A DNA stretch of 39,472 nucleotides from Vulcanimicrobiales bacterium. GTDB lineage: Bacteria; Vulcanimicrobiota; Vulcanimicrobiia; Vulcanimicrobiales; Vulcanimicrobiaceae. Made by a program: the position numbers and the translations under genes. Of the stretch, positions 9,821 through 18,915 are shown piece by piece; the stretch's first letter is position 1, and every line of letters begins with the position of its first letter. The stretch covers positions 1 through 39,472 of the forward strand of contig JBBRLI010000028.1 in the NCBI GenBank assembly GCA_038231455.1, written 5' to 3'. The notes beneath the pieces were generated by a model. The model saw only the letters and a list, made by a program, of their open reading frames with translations, was not told where the DNA came from and ran no database searches.

Positions 9821-10801
9821 TTACCAGCCGCCGCCGCCGTCTCCGCCGCCGCCGCCGGAGTCTCCGCCGCCGGAGTCACCCCAGCCGCCACCGCCACCGC
9901 CGTAGTCGCCGGAGCTGGAGTTGCCGGAGTCCATTTGACCGGCGTCGTTTTGGAAGCCCGAGTTATCGTAGCCGCCGCTGCCGTCTCCGCCCATCCCGGC
10001 CTCGCCGCCGCCGAAGCCGCGATCGCGATTGCCGAAAAGTTCGTTGCCGATGAACGCGCCGCCGAGGCCACCGAGGAGTCCGCTGAAGAAGCCGCCTCCG
10101 CCGCCGCCCATGCCGCCGCCGCCGTAGTTATAGCCGCCGGGGCCGTATCCCGGAGGTCCGCCCATCGGGCCGCCGCCGTATCCCGGCGGGACCATGCGCG
10201 GCCCGGCAATCGCGCGGAAGATCGCGCGAACGATGAGGAACCCGACCACGAGAAGAGCGATTAGCCAAAGCCAGCCCAATTGAAAACCTCCCGTCGATGC
10301 GGCGTTGGTCGCCGGTGTCGACTGATACGCCTGCACGTTCCGAACCGGTCGTGCATGGCCGCGGTAAGTATCGATGACGAGGTTCGTGCCGGTGATCACG
10401 CCTTGATCGAAGTTGCCCGAGCGCAGGTAGCCCTGCATGGCATCTTTGATGTCTTTAACGGTTCCCGCCGGGAAGAAACGCCGCCCGACGCGGTCGGCGT
10501 AAACGCCATCTTTTTGCTCCGCTTTTGCGAAGAACAACATCACGCCATTGACTTGATTCTGTGCGAACTGTTTTTCCGCGACAGCAAGAATGGGTTGCCC
10601 ATCGAGCGAGGGCACCGTGACGATCACGACTTCTTTGCCATACTGGCGGTGGAAATCGTCGATCGAACGATTGAGGGATTCGACGGTCGCCGGCTTGAGC
10701 AGCGAGGCACCGTCTTGGACGTACGTGTCGCGCGCCGCGGCGGGAAGCAAGCTTCCGGCGAGGGCGACGACGAGCGCGGCGGTGGCCGCGAAGAGCTTCA
10801 T
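9821..10801 (-). CDS. TPM-domain (YgcG-like) membrane protein with Gly-rich tail
   Basis: ATG 10801 after GGAGG, 326 aa. Signal peptide, YVQDGASLL...EVVIVTVPSLDG TPM domain, TM helix, Gly-rich C-terminus ending GGGW. Confidence 0.85.
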   Translation of the reverse strand: MKLFAATAALVVALAGSLLPAAARDTYVQDGASLLKPATVESLNRSIDDFHRQYGKEVVIVTVPSLDGQPILAVAEKQFAQNQVNGVMLFFAKAEQKDGVYADRVGRRFFPAGTVKDIKDAMQGYLRSGNFDQGVITGTNLVIDTYRGHARPVRNVQAYQSTPATNAASTGGFQLGWLWLIALLVVGFLIVRAIFRAIAGPRMVPPGYGGGPMGGPPGYGPGGYNYGGGGMGGGGGGFFSGLLGGLGGAFIGNELFGNRDRGFGGGEAGMGGDGSGGYDNSGFQNDAGQMDSGNSSSGDYGGGGGGWGDSGGGDSGGGGGDGGGGW

Positions 10802-10866
10802 GGTGATGGTTGTTCCTCCGGTCCTTGATACTTCACGCGAGGGCGGGAAGTTTCCGGGGAGGGGCT

Positions 10867-10998
10867 TTACTTCAGAATCAGGACCACGCCAAGCGAAGTG
10901 ATCACGAAAAACACCAGCAAAATCCAGACGCCGATCTTGAGCGCGACATTGCGGCGCGAGCGCTTGGCGCGCGGTTCGTAGTCTTGATCGCGCATCAT
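10867..10998 (-). CDS. Small single-pass membrane protein (43 aa)
   Basis: MMRDQDYEPRAKRSRRNVALKIGVWILLVFFVITSLGVVLILK. ATGA overlap with the rsfS stop; fills the rsfS-TPM gap. Confidence 0.75.
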   Translation of the reverse strand: MMRDQDYEPRAKRSRRNVALKIGVWILLVFFVITSLGVVLILK

Positions 10999-11336
10999 GC
11001 TTCGCTCGCGCGCGGCTCGGGGATGGCACCCCACAGGCGTTCGAGGTTGTAGAACGCGCGCTGTTCGGGCGTGAAGACGTGAACGATCACGTTGCCAAGA
11101 TCGATCAGGATCCAGCCGCCGTCGGAATAGCCCTCGGTGCGGGCGACATGAAAGCCGTTCTCGCGGGCCTTCTCGGTGATGCCGTCGGCGATGGAACGCG
11201 TCTGGATCTTCGAGCGGCCCGTCGCGATGACGAACGAATCGGCAACGATCGTGCGCCCCGCTAAATCCAGGACGACGACGTCTTCGGCTTTCTTGTCGTC
11301 TGCGGCGTCGCGGACGATGTCTAGGAGGTCAGGCAG
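10995..11336 (-). CDS. rsfS: Ribosome silencing factor RsfS (probable CTG start)
   Basis: DDKKAEDVVVLDL...DSFVIATG...EG...WILIDLGNVIVHVF...RAFYNLERLW. 113 aa from CTG 11336, with GGGAG SD upstream. Confidence 0.93.
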   Translation of the reverse strand: MPDLLDIVRDAADDKKAEDVVVLDLAGRTIVADSFVIATGRSKIQTRSIADGITEKARENGFHVARTEGYSDGGWILIDLGNVIVHVFTPEQRAFYNLERLWGAIPEPRASEA

Positions 11337-11928
11337 GGGTCTTCTCCCGGTCGATCGGCGGTACCGCGAAGGTCGCGGCGGCGGCGAGGGTTTGAGGGGC
11401 GATCGCAAGCTTGCGGTCGCGTAAGTAGACGATGGTGGACTGGAGCACGACGTGCATCGCGCCGGCGAGATCGCGCCGGGCAAGCTCGGCGTAGGCCGCG
11501 CGCTCGGGATACTCGCGTCCGGGTTCGAGGGCATCGGCCAAGTAGACGATGATGTCGAGCGGCGTCATCGCGGCTGCCGCTACGGTATGGTTGCGGATGG
11601 CTCGAAGAATCGCCTCGTCCTTCACGCCGAATTGGCCTGAGGCAAGCTCTGCCCCAAGGCGCGCATGGAGCACCACCGGGCTAGCACGCTCGAAGTCGTC
11701 GATCGCTAGTCCGCGCTCGCCGCACTCAGCGAGTAAGCGATCGCTTGGATAGAGGCGAGCGAGGTCGTGGTAGAGGCCGGCAAGCCGCGCGGGCAGCGGA
11801 TCGAGGCCATGTGCGTGCGCTAGGGACGCCGCGAATCGCGCGACGCGCAGAACGTGCGCGTAACGATGATCCTGCGCCAGGTGCGCGCGGACGGATCGTG
11901 CCGCCCGGACGAACGCGATGCCGGTCAG
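11329..11928 (-). CDS. yqeK: HD-domain Ap4A hydrolase YqeK (probable CTG start)
   Basis: Frame extends upstream of the track ORF: RYAHVLRVA...AGLYHDLAR...LHARLGA...NHT...YLADALEPGR. 199 aa from CTG 11928; adjacent to rsfS. Confidence 0.88.
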   Translation of the reverse strand: MTGIAFVRAARSVRAHLAQDHRYAHVLRVARFAASLAHAHGLDPLPARLAGLYHDLARLYPSDRLLAECGERGLAIDDFERASPVVLHARLGAELASGQFGVKDEAILRAIRNHTVAAAAMTPLDIIVYLADALEPGREYPERAAYAELARRDLAGAMHVVLQSTIVYLRDRKLAIAPQTLAAAATFAVPPIDREKTPA

Positions 11929-12773
11929 TTTGGCACGACCTCGCGATAAACGGTCGCCGCGATCGGACGTTCGCCGAGCATCGCACGCTTGAACGCATCC
12001 TCGCGCAGCGCCACCGTTCCGCGCGCATCGGATGCCGGATCGGCGCTTGGAATTGCAACGTCGACGCTGCGTACGATCCCGCGATCGTCGAGTTTCAAGC
12101 GCGCGACGAACCGGCGTTTGTCATCGCCGGTGTACGACTTGAGTTTGGTGCGGCGGATGGTCGGTGCGACATATGCGAATTGTTTGGTAAGCGGGTCGTC
12201 GGCAATCAGGCCGAGTGCGACGAGCGTCCCACGAGCGCCGAAAACCGAGCGTTCGAGCACGTGAGATTTCGGATTGAAGAAGAGCACGCATTCGAGCGTC
12301 GGCGCCAAGCGCAGTGCACGCGTGCTGCGGCCGCCGTAATCGAGAACCGATGCAAACGTGACGTCGGTCTGTTGATCGGTGAGTGTGCCGAAGTCGAGCT
12401 TCTTCGGGCGTCCGTCGAGGTCGATCGTGGCAGCCGGAGCAAGCGCCCCGATCGGCGCAAGGTCGATTGCTTGGACGCGCGCGTCGTCGTTCACACTGAG
12501 TTTGAGCGTGCCAATCGCCGTCATCCACATGAAGATGTGCCCGCGATCCGTCGAATCAACGGCCGTCGGCGGACCACCCATTTGCTTTGCAACCTCGGCT
12601 GCGGGCGAACCAAGTGCGATGCCGTAAAAACTCTCTGCGGCAGATGCAACTTGCGGAAGAATCGCGGTGCCAAGTGCGAGGACGAGGGCGGTTAGCGTGC
12701 GTTTCGTGCGAGTGCTTCTTTCAGGACGCGCAGGCGGCTCGCGTAGAGTTCGCCTTTGAGATTGCCCGCCCAC
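11925..12773 (-). CDS. Exported protein with degenerate TonB C-terminal-like domain
   Basis: Signal peptide KRTLTALVLALG...VASA. C-terminus LKLDDRGIVRSVDV..S....D......AFKRA..GERPI resembles TonB_C. Start uncertain (GTG 12773 or about 12707). Confidence 0.6.
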   Translation of the reverse strand: MGGQSQRRTLREPPARPERSTRTKRTLTALVLALGTAILPQVASAAESFYGIALGSPAAEVAKQMGGPPTAVDSTDRGHIFMWMTAIGTLKLSVNDDARVQAIDLAPIGALAPAATIDLDGRPKKLDFGTLTDQQTDVTFASVLDYGGRSTRALRLAPTLECVLFFNPKSHVLERSVFGARGTLVALGLIADDPLTKQFAYVAPTIRRTKLKSYTGDDKRRFVARLKLDDRGIVRSVDVAIPSADPASDARGTVALREDAFKRAMLGERPIAATVYREVVPN

Positions 12774-13240
12774 ATGACGAGTGCGTTTTCATTATTGTCG
12801 CTGTAATAGCCGCGCCGCGTCGAAACGATCGTGAAGCCGTATTTGCGATAGAGTTTTTGCGCGACGTCGTTTGACTCGCGCACTTCGAGCGTGATCCACG
12901 ATGCCCCGCGCGCGATCGCTTGATCGAGCAAGAAGATCAGCATCTCTTCGCCGCGCTTTTGCCCGCGCAAATCCGGATGCACGGCGATCGTCGTGATGTG
13001 CGAATCTTCGAGGATCACCCAGATGCCGCCGTACGCGACAATTTTATTGTCGAGTCGGCCGACGAAGTAGTGCGCGAGTTTATTGTCGTTGATTTCGTTT
13101 GCAAAAGCGTTTGCCGGCCACGAGGAGCTAAAGGAAAGCGCCTCGATTTTGAGCACCGCCGGAATGTCGGCGGCGACCATCGGGACGATGACCAGGCGTC
13201 CGGGCTGCGCGGAACCCGGCGGTTCGAGTTCGGCTTTCAT
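12692..13240 (-). CDS. rimI: Ribosomal protein S18 alanine N-acetyltransferase
   Basis: HITTIAVHPDLRGQKRG, LEVRESN, LYRKYGF, RRGYYSDNNENALVM. Follows tsaB with an ATGA overlap. Confidence 0.93.
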   Translation of the reverse strand: MKAELEPPGSAQPGRLVIVPMVAADIPAVLKIEALSFSSSWPANAFANEINDNKLAHYFVGRLDNKIVAYGGIWVILEDSHITTIAVHPDLRGQKRGEEMLIFLLDQAIARGASWITLEVRESNDVAQKLYRKYGFTIVSTRRGYYSDNNENALVMWAGNLKGELYASRLRVLKEALARNAR

Positions 13241-13887
13241 CGCGTAACGGCGGGAACCGTGACCGCCGGAAGTTCGCCGTAATCCGGGCGTAGGGCGTGG
13301 ACGGATGCCGCCGGCTCGCGCAGGCGTGCAAGTTCGGCGATCGCGACGGCCGGAATATCGGCCCGTGACGGGAGCAGACGCACAGTGATCCCGCGTTCGG
13401 CGATTGCGTCGCGCACGTCCTCCGTCATGCCCGCAAGCGCGAGGCTTCCTTGAATATTTTCAAGCAATTCGTCGAGGACGTCCGCCGTGCGTCCGCACGC
13501 AATCGCTTCGCGGCCACTCGTACGCAAACGCGCGCAGATGATCCCGGTGCGTCCCGAGACGACGCTAAGAACCGGGAGCGGCGCGACATCGGGTGTGAGC
13601 GTATCGTACGATGAAACGCCGACGAGCGGTAACCCCGCTCCGAACGCGAGCGACTTCGCATAGGCCACGGCAATACGCAAACCGGTGAAGCCGCCCGGCC
13701 CGATGCCCACGGCGATGCGATCGCATTCGTCGAGCCCCAGACCCGCTTCATCGAGCACCGCTTTGATGCGCGCGATCCCCGCTTCGAGCGCGTTGTTGCC
13801 AACCGCGCGATCGGCGATGCGGCGATCGTCATCGACGAAGGCAACGGAAAAACCGCCGATCGCGCCGTCGAGCGCGAGGACGCGCAC
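13237..13887 (-). CDS. tsaB: t6A biosynthesis protein TsaB
   Basis: MRVLALD, IAVGIGPGGFTGLRIAVAYAKSLA, C-terminal LRPDY. Confidence 0.92.
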   Translation of the reverse strand: MRVLALDGAIGGFSVAFVDDDRRIADRAVGNNALEAGIARIKAVLDEAGLGLDECDRIAVGIGPGGFTGLRIAVAYAKSLAFGAGLPLVGVSSYDTLTPDVAPLPVLSVVSGRTGIICARLRTSGREAIACGRTADVLDELLENIQGSLALAGMTEDVRDAIAERGITVRLLPSRADIPAVAIAELARLREPAASVHALRPDYGELPAVTVPAVTR

Positions 13888-14294
13888 TAGGTTGCGCTCA
13901 CGATCCGCGGCTCATCGCCGCTGCCCGCGATGCGCACGCTACGGGCGCCGGCCGGAATGAGGTCGGGTAGGCGTTCGGGCCATTCAACTAACGTGATCGC
14001 GTCCGCTGTAAAGGCCTCTTCCAGCCCCAGCTCCGTGCGTTCGGCCGGGTCGTCGATGCGATAGAGGTCGAGGTGATTGACGATCGTCTCCGTGCCGTAG
14101 CGGTGCCAAAACGTAAATGTGGGGCTCGTCGCAAGGTCGCTGCCGCAGATCTCTTGCACGATTCCACGAATGAACGTGGTTTTTCCGGCACCCAGTCCCC
14201 CATGGAACGTGACGACGTCGCCCGGCCGCAAGCTTCGTGCGAAGCGCTGCCCGGCAGCAAGTGTCGCCCCGGGGCTACCGAGCTTTTCGTGCAT
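13887..14294 (-). CDS. tsaE: t6A biosynthesis ATPase TsaE
   Basis: 135 aa from ATG 14294. GGLGAGKTT, SPTF, HLDLYRI, VEWPE. Confidence 0.94.
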   Translation of the reverse strand: MHEKLGSPGATLAAGQRFARSLRPGDVVTFHGGLGAGKTTFIRGIVQEICGSDLATSPTFTFWHRYGTETIVNHLDLYRIDDPAERTELGLEEAFTADAITLVEWPERLPDLIPAGARSVRIAGSGDEPRIVSAT

Positions 14295-14337
14295 GCTGCA
14301 AAATGATACGTTAGACGAGAGCGAGAACCTAGGGCAT

Positions 14338-14565
14338 GTGTCGATTCGCGTCAACGACGTTATCGTCGGGATCATAACCGGTGCGATCTGTTCGGTCTTC
14401 GCAGCGGGGTTCGAAGCCTTTGTCATGTCGATCCGTATTTTTTCGTTCGGCCATATCGGCGGTTCGTTCGGGTCGAAGTTTTTGGTCGTGTTGATCCTTG
14501 GAGCGATCGCCGGTGCCGTGATCGGTTGGCTGGTCGGCTCGGTCGTGAAACCGCGGGCCTCGTGA
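14338..14565 (+). CDS. Small two-TM hypothetical protein
   Basis: 75 aa from GTG 14338. Two Gly-rich hydrophobic helices; GTGA overlap with the next ORF. Confidence 0.65.
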   Translation: MSIRVNDVIVGIITGAICSVFAAGFEAFVMSIRIFSFGHIGGSFGSKFLVVLILGAIAGAVIGWLVGSVVKPRAS

Positions 14566-14894
14566 ATATGAACGGGACCGAACGGTCGCTCGAACATCTT
14601 CAGGCCATCGACGCCGCGTACCACGGCGACCTCGAAGCCGTGCGCGCTCGTGCCGCCGAGGCACACACGGCGATTGCCGAGGGCGGCATGCATCTGAGCG
14701 ACCTGGCCGCGCCCGCCGTTGCAGAGCGCGCAATGGATTCGTACCGGGCTCCCGCCGATGAGTGGTCGGTCGACGATTTGCCGCTCGGCAATTTCCCCGA
14801 AGATTCGCCGCCGCCGGCGGCGACTGCAGCCCAGCCGATCGAGGCCAACGCGTTCGTCACCGACGACGACGGAATTCCGATCTGGCAAGACTAG
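14562..14894 (+). CDS. Acidic hypothetical protein
   Basis: 110 aa, coupled to the upstream stop; fills the gap before gyrA. Ends TDDDGIPIWQD. Confidence 0.65.
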   Translation: MNMNGTERSLEHLQAIDAAYHGDLEAVRARAAEAHTAIAEGGMHLSDLAAPAVAERAMDSYRAPADEWSVDDLPLGNFPEDSPPPAATAAQPIEANAFVTDDDGIPIWQD

Positions 14895-14936
14895 CTGAGC
14901 GCAGCCTAAGCTGCACTCGAACTCCCAGGAAACGAC

Positions 14937-17468
14937 ATGAATAACGACATCATCTCCACCATCAACGTCGAAGACGAGATGCGGGAGAGCTACCTCTCGT
15001 ATGCGATGAGCGTCATCGCGGGCCGTGCGCTGCCCGATATCCGCGATGGTCTCAAACCCGTCCAACGTCGCATCCTCTACGCGATGCGCGAGATGGGCAT
15101 GACGCCGGACAAGCAGCATCGCAAATGCGCCGGTGTCGTGGGCGAAGTGCTCAAGAGTTACCATCCGCACGGCGATAGTTCCGTGTACGACGCGCTCGTG
15201 CGTATGGCGCAAGATTTCACGCTGCGTTATCCCCTCATCGATGGCCACGGAAATTTCGGTTCGATCGACGGCGACCGTGCGGCAGCGTACCGATATACGG
15301 AAGCGCGTCTCGCGCGCGCCGCGCTCGACACGCTTGTCGACATCGAAAAAGAAACCGTTCCGTTCGTCCCCAACTTCGATAATCAAGGCGAAGAGCCGAC
15401 GGTATTGCCGGGCAAACTACCGCAGCTGCTGATCAACGGTTCCTCCGGCATCGCCGTCGGTATGGCAACGAACATCCCGCCGCACAACCTCGGCGAAGTC
15501 GTCGACGCGATCGTTGCGTTCCTCGATAACGAAGAGATCACCGACGACGAACTTGCCGACATCGTGCACGGGCCGGACTTCCCGACCTACGGTACCGTGA
15601 TGGGCAAAGAAGCGATCCGCACGGCATATCTGACGGGCCGCGGTTCGGTCACGGTGCGCGGCAAAGCCGAAATCATCGAGGAAAAAGGCCGCTTCAAGAT
15701 CGTCATCACCGAAGTGCCGTTCCAGGTGACGAAGTCTCGCATCGTTGAGGCGATCGCTGAGGCGCACGCCGAGAAACGGATCGGCGGGATCGTGCGGCTC
15801 GACGATGAGTCGAACCGCCACGGCATGAAAGTCGTCGTCGAACTCAATCGCACGGCGACGCCGAACGTGGTGCTCAACCAGCTCTACAAACATACCCCGC
15901 TGCAGACGAGCTTCGGTTTCAACATGCTCGCGCTCATCCCGACGAACTTCGTTGCGGTCGATCGCAACGCAACGGCAGAAGCCATTCGCGACTCCGTGAG
16001 CGGCGCGCTCGAACCGCACGTCGTCAGCCTCAAAGATCTGCTCATGTATTTCATCGCGCACCGTCGCACGGTCGTCGTGCGGCGCGCATATTACGAGCGC
16101 CGTAAGGCGGCGGAACGCCTGCATATCCTCGAAGGCTTCCGAATCGCCCTCGACAACATCGATGAAGTCATCGCGCTCATCCGTTCGAGCGATACGACGG
16201 ATGAAGCCAAAGGCAAACTGACCGCGCGCTTCGGCCTTAGCGATATTCAGGCAAATGCCATCGTCGACATGCGTCTGCGCACGCTCGTCGGCCTCGAACG
16301 CAAGAAGATCGAGGACGAGTACAACTCGCTCGTTGCGCTCATTCAAGAGATCGACTTGCTGCTCTCGGAGACGAGTCGGCAGTACGCGGTTATCAAAACC
16401 GAATCGCTCGATCTGAAGAAGCGCTTAGGCGACGAACGCCGTACGCTCATCGTGCCGGCCGAAAACGAATTCGCGATCGAAGACTTCATCGCCGATACCG
16501 ACGTCGTCGTCACCTCAACCGTAGGCGGCTACATCAAGCGCGTCTCGGTCGATACGTTCCGCGCGCAAAACCGCGGCGGACGCGGCGTCACCGGCATCGC
16601 GAACCTCAAAAAAGAAGACGTCGTTCAGAACTTCTTCATCGCGACGACGCACCAGCACATCTTGTTCTTCACGAACAAGGGCCGCGCGTATCGCCTGCGC
16701 GCATACGAAATTCCGGATACCACGCGTCAGGCGCGCGGGACGGCGCTCGTCAACTTGCTCACGCTTCCGCCGGGCGAGATCGTCACCGCCGTCTTCCCCG
16801 TGACGACGTTCGAGGGCGAGAACTATCTTGTCATGGTCACCAAACGCGGCGTCATCAAGAAAACGCTCCTTGGCGGCTTCTCGAACCTTCGCAAGAGCGG
16901 CCTCAACGCAATCGATCTCAATGAGAACGACGAGTTGCTCGCCGTCGACCTCTCCGATGGCACGCGCGATATCATCATGGCAACGCACGACGGTATGGCC
17001 GTGCACTTCAACGAGAAAGACGTGCGTCCGATGGGGCGCAATGCCCGCGGCGTCCGTGCGATCTCACTTGCCGAAGGCGACTCGGTCGTCGCGATGGACG
17101 TTGTCGAAGACGACCGCCGCGAAGTCCTCATCGTCACCTCGCACGCGTACGGCAAACGCACGCCGATCGAGGATTATCGCCACACCCAGCGCGGCGGTAA
17201 AGGCGTCAAGGCGTTCGCAAAAGAGAAAGAAATCGGCCACGTGGTCGACCAGATTCTCGTGCGTCCGGACGACGAACTGATGATGATCACGAGCGGCAAT
17301 CAAGTCATCCGCATCCCGGTCGACCAGATCCGCCGCGCGGGCCGCTCCACCAAGGGCGTCAAGCTGCAGCGTCTCGCCGACGGCGACGAAGTGATCGCGA
17401 TTGCCAACCTCGGTCAGCAATCGAAAGAAATCGCCGAAATCACCGGCGAGCCACCGCCGACTCCGTAG
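14937..17468 (+). CDS. gyrA: DNA gyrase subunit A
   Basis: 843 aa. [23 protein letters not shown] active site, GyrA-box QNRGGRG, beta-pinwheel repeats. Confidence 0.97.
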   Translation: MNNDIISTINVEDEMRESYLSYAMSVIAGRALPDIRDGLKPVQRRILYAMREMGMTPDKQHRKCAGVVGEVLKSYHPHGDSSVYDALVRMAQDFTLRYPLIDGHGNFGSIDGDRAAAYRYTEARLARAALDTLVDIEKETVPFVPNFDNQGEEPTVLPGKLPQLLINGSSGIAVGMATNIPPHNLGEVVDAIVAFLDNEEITDDELADIVHGPDFPTYGTVMGKEAIRTAYLTGRGSVTVRGKAEIIEEKGRFKIVITEVPFQVTKSRIVEAIAEAHAEKRIGGIVRLDDESNRHGMKVVVELNRTATPNVVLNQLYKHTPLQTSFGFNMLALIPTNFVAVDRNATAEAIRDSVSGALEPHVVSLKDLLMYFIAHRRTVVVRRAYYERRKAAERLHILEGFRIALDNIDEVIALIRSSDTTDEAKGKLTARFGLSDIQANAIVDMRLRTLVGLERKKIEDEYNSLVALIQEIDLLLSETSRQYAVIKTESLDLKKRLGDERRTLIVPAENEFAIEDFIADTDVVVTSTVGGYIKRVSVDTFRAQNRGGRGVTGIANLKKEDVVQNFFIATTHQHILFFTNKGRAYRLRAYEIPDTTRQARGTALVNLLTLPPGEIVTAVFPVTTFEGENYLVMVTKRGVIKKTLLGGFSNLRKSGLNAIDLNENDELLAVDLSDGTRDIIMATHDGMAVHFNEKDVRPMGRNARGVRAISLAEGDSVVAMDVVEDDRREVLIVTSHAYGKRTPIEDYRHTQRGGKGVKAFAKEKEIGHVVDQILVRPDDELMMITSGNQVIRIPVDQIRRAGRSTKGVKLQRLADGDEVIAIANLGQQSKEIAEITGEPPPTP

Positions 17469-17484
17469 CCTCGTCGCTCGTCGT

Positions 17485-17520
17485 GAGAAAAAGCCGCACC
17501 GGAAATGGCGGCTTTTTCTC
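17485..17520. terminator. Bidirectional intrinsic terminator (gyrA / fic)
   Basis: Perfect 13-bp inverted repeat GAGAAAAAGCCGC-N10-GCGGCTTTTTCTC with A and T tracts. Confidence 0.88.
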
Positions 17521-17584
17521 TGTTCGGCGTCGCCAAGGACGTGGTTGCTTTCGAATGCGCCAACTGCGTGAATAGCAGAAATGG

Positions 17585-18853
17585 CTATTTCTTCATTGGA
17601 CGCTGTTTTGGCCGAGCGGGTACCTCACGTACCGGCTTTGCGACACGCGTGTCGGCCTTCGGACTTGCGAGTCGACGTTCGAGTTCGGTGAACGCGTCAA
17701 AAATTTCGCGAGCTTCAAATCGTCTGTTTCGCCGCGCGCTGTTCGTAGCGGTGAGGATTTCGGATTCGACAAGCCGTTCGATCGCGCCGTTCGCGGTCGC
17801 GAAGGTTTTGCCAAGAACGCGCGCCGCATCTTCGACCCTCAAAATTGGGAGCGAGGGCAGATGCGCGAGGAGTTGACGAGCGCCGGAATCGGAACGTGAC
17901 GACAACTTGCTTTTCCATGCGGCTTGTAGCGATTGTATCGTTCGTTCGAACGATACGGCATCATCGACGGCGCGTCTTGTCGCGACACTAAAGACGGCAA
18001 TCCAATGGTTTAGAGCGGGAATCGCATGCGCGATCGGTCCGTTGACGCGTGTCGCGTCGAGCGCGTTGATGTAGGTCTTTGCTTGAGTTGCGAGCGCAAG
18101 CGAAATCGGCGGGGTGGTTCGCGTTGCAAGTCCACGCCGGCGGAGGACGACGTAGATCAGAGCGCGGCCTGTGCGGCCGTTCCCATCGACGAACGGATGG
18201 ATCGTTTCAAATTGCGCGTGCGCGATTGCCGCCTGTGCCAGCGCGGGCAAATTATCGTTGTTGCAAAACGCACAGAGATCGTTTAAGAGAGCGCGTACGC
18301 ACTCTGGTGGAGGGGGCACGAACGCCGCTCCGATTGGATTGAATTCGTTTCCACCGATCCAGTTCTGCTCGGTTCGCAGCTGCCCGGCGAACTGCGGATG
18401 CTGCGATCCGGCAAGCAGTCGGCGATGGATCTCGATGATCCGTTCGATCGTGAGATCATCGGCGGGATCTTCTAATGCGAAGGCCATCGCGTCGATGTTT
18501 GCTAGCACTTCTCGGGCAGTTGGATCGCTTACCGATTGGTCGGCCATGTAACGAAGCAGGCGCTGCGGCGACAACCGTAAGCCTTCGATGTGTGAAGAAG
18601 CGACGGACTCGGCTCGGAGCAGCAAACGCGCAAGGCCCTCCGTCTCCGTAAGGGTCGCCGCGGTCGCGTCGAGCTTCGCAATCGCCCGTTCGGCGTCGGC
18701 TACATCCGCTGCCACGTCGCCATCAAGCGTTAGTTTGAGTTTGGAGAGTGGGTCCGGGACATAGGCGTCGTACGATCCGCCCTCACGGTATCCGCGCGGC
18801 ATGTCGATTCCGCCAATCGACGTCTCCCAAAAGCGCCGTACCATGCTTCCCAC
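17585..18853 (-). CDS. Fic family protein, class II-like, with probable C-terminal HTH
   Basis: 422 aa. Catalytic HPFVDGNGRTGR and N-terminal inhibitory motif SSHIEG. Confidence 0.93.
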   Translation of the reverse strand: MGSMVRRFWETSIGGIDMPRGYREGGSYDAYVPDPLSKLKLTLDGDVAADVADAERAIAKLDATAATLTETEGLARLLLRAESVASSHIEGLRLSPQRLLRYMADQSVSDPTAREVLANIDAMAFALEDPADDLTIERIIEIHRRLLAGSQHPQFAGQLRTEQNWIGGNEFNPIGAAFVPPPPECVRALLNDLCAFCNNDNLPALAQAAIAHAQFETIHPFVDGNGRTGRALIYVVLRRRGLATRTTPPISLALATQAKTYINALDATRVNGPIAHAIPALNHWIAVFSVATRRAVDDAVSFERTIQSLQAAWKSKLSSRSDSGARQLLAHLPSLPILRVEDAARVLGKTFATANGAIERLVESEILTATNSARRNRRFEAREIFDAFTELERRLASPKADTRVAKPVREVPARPKQRPMKK

Positions 18854-18871
18854 CAGATGTATCCGTCTTTC

Positions 18872-18903
18872 TTATTATAACTTATACAACTAAGTCATAA
18901 TAA
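18872..18903. promoter_or_regulatory. AT-rich palindrome overlapping the putative fic -10 box
   Basis: TTATTATAACTTA-TACAAC-TAAGTCATAATAA (12 of 13 positions complementary). Minus-strand TATAAT at 18879-18874. Confidence 0.65.
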
Positions 18904-18915
18904 AGGCAACTGTTA

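Noticed and set aside
9821-10200. GCC-rich repeats as tandem repeat or CRISPR
   Set aside because: They are poly-Gly codons of the TPM protein tail, with no repeat-spacer periodicity.
15160-15305. Quinolone-resistance change or altered active site in GyrA
   Set aside because: HGDSSVYD keeps the Ser83/Asp87 equivalents, and AAYRYTE is an ordinary variant retaining the catalytic Tyr.
14295-15386. 499-aa ORF suggesting a TsaE fusion
   Set aside because: The extension is antisense to gyrA and two small genes; TsaE motifs are confined to the last 135 aa.
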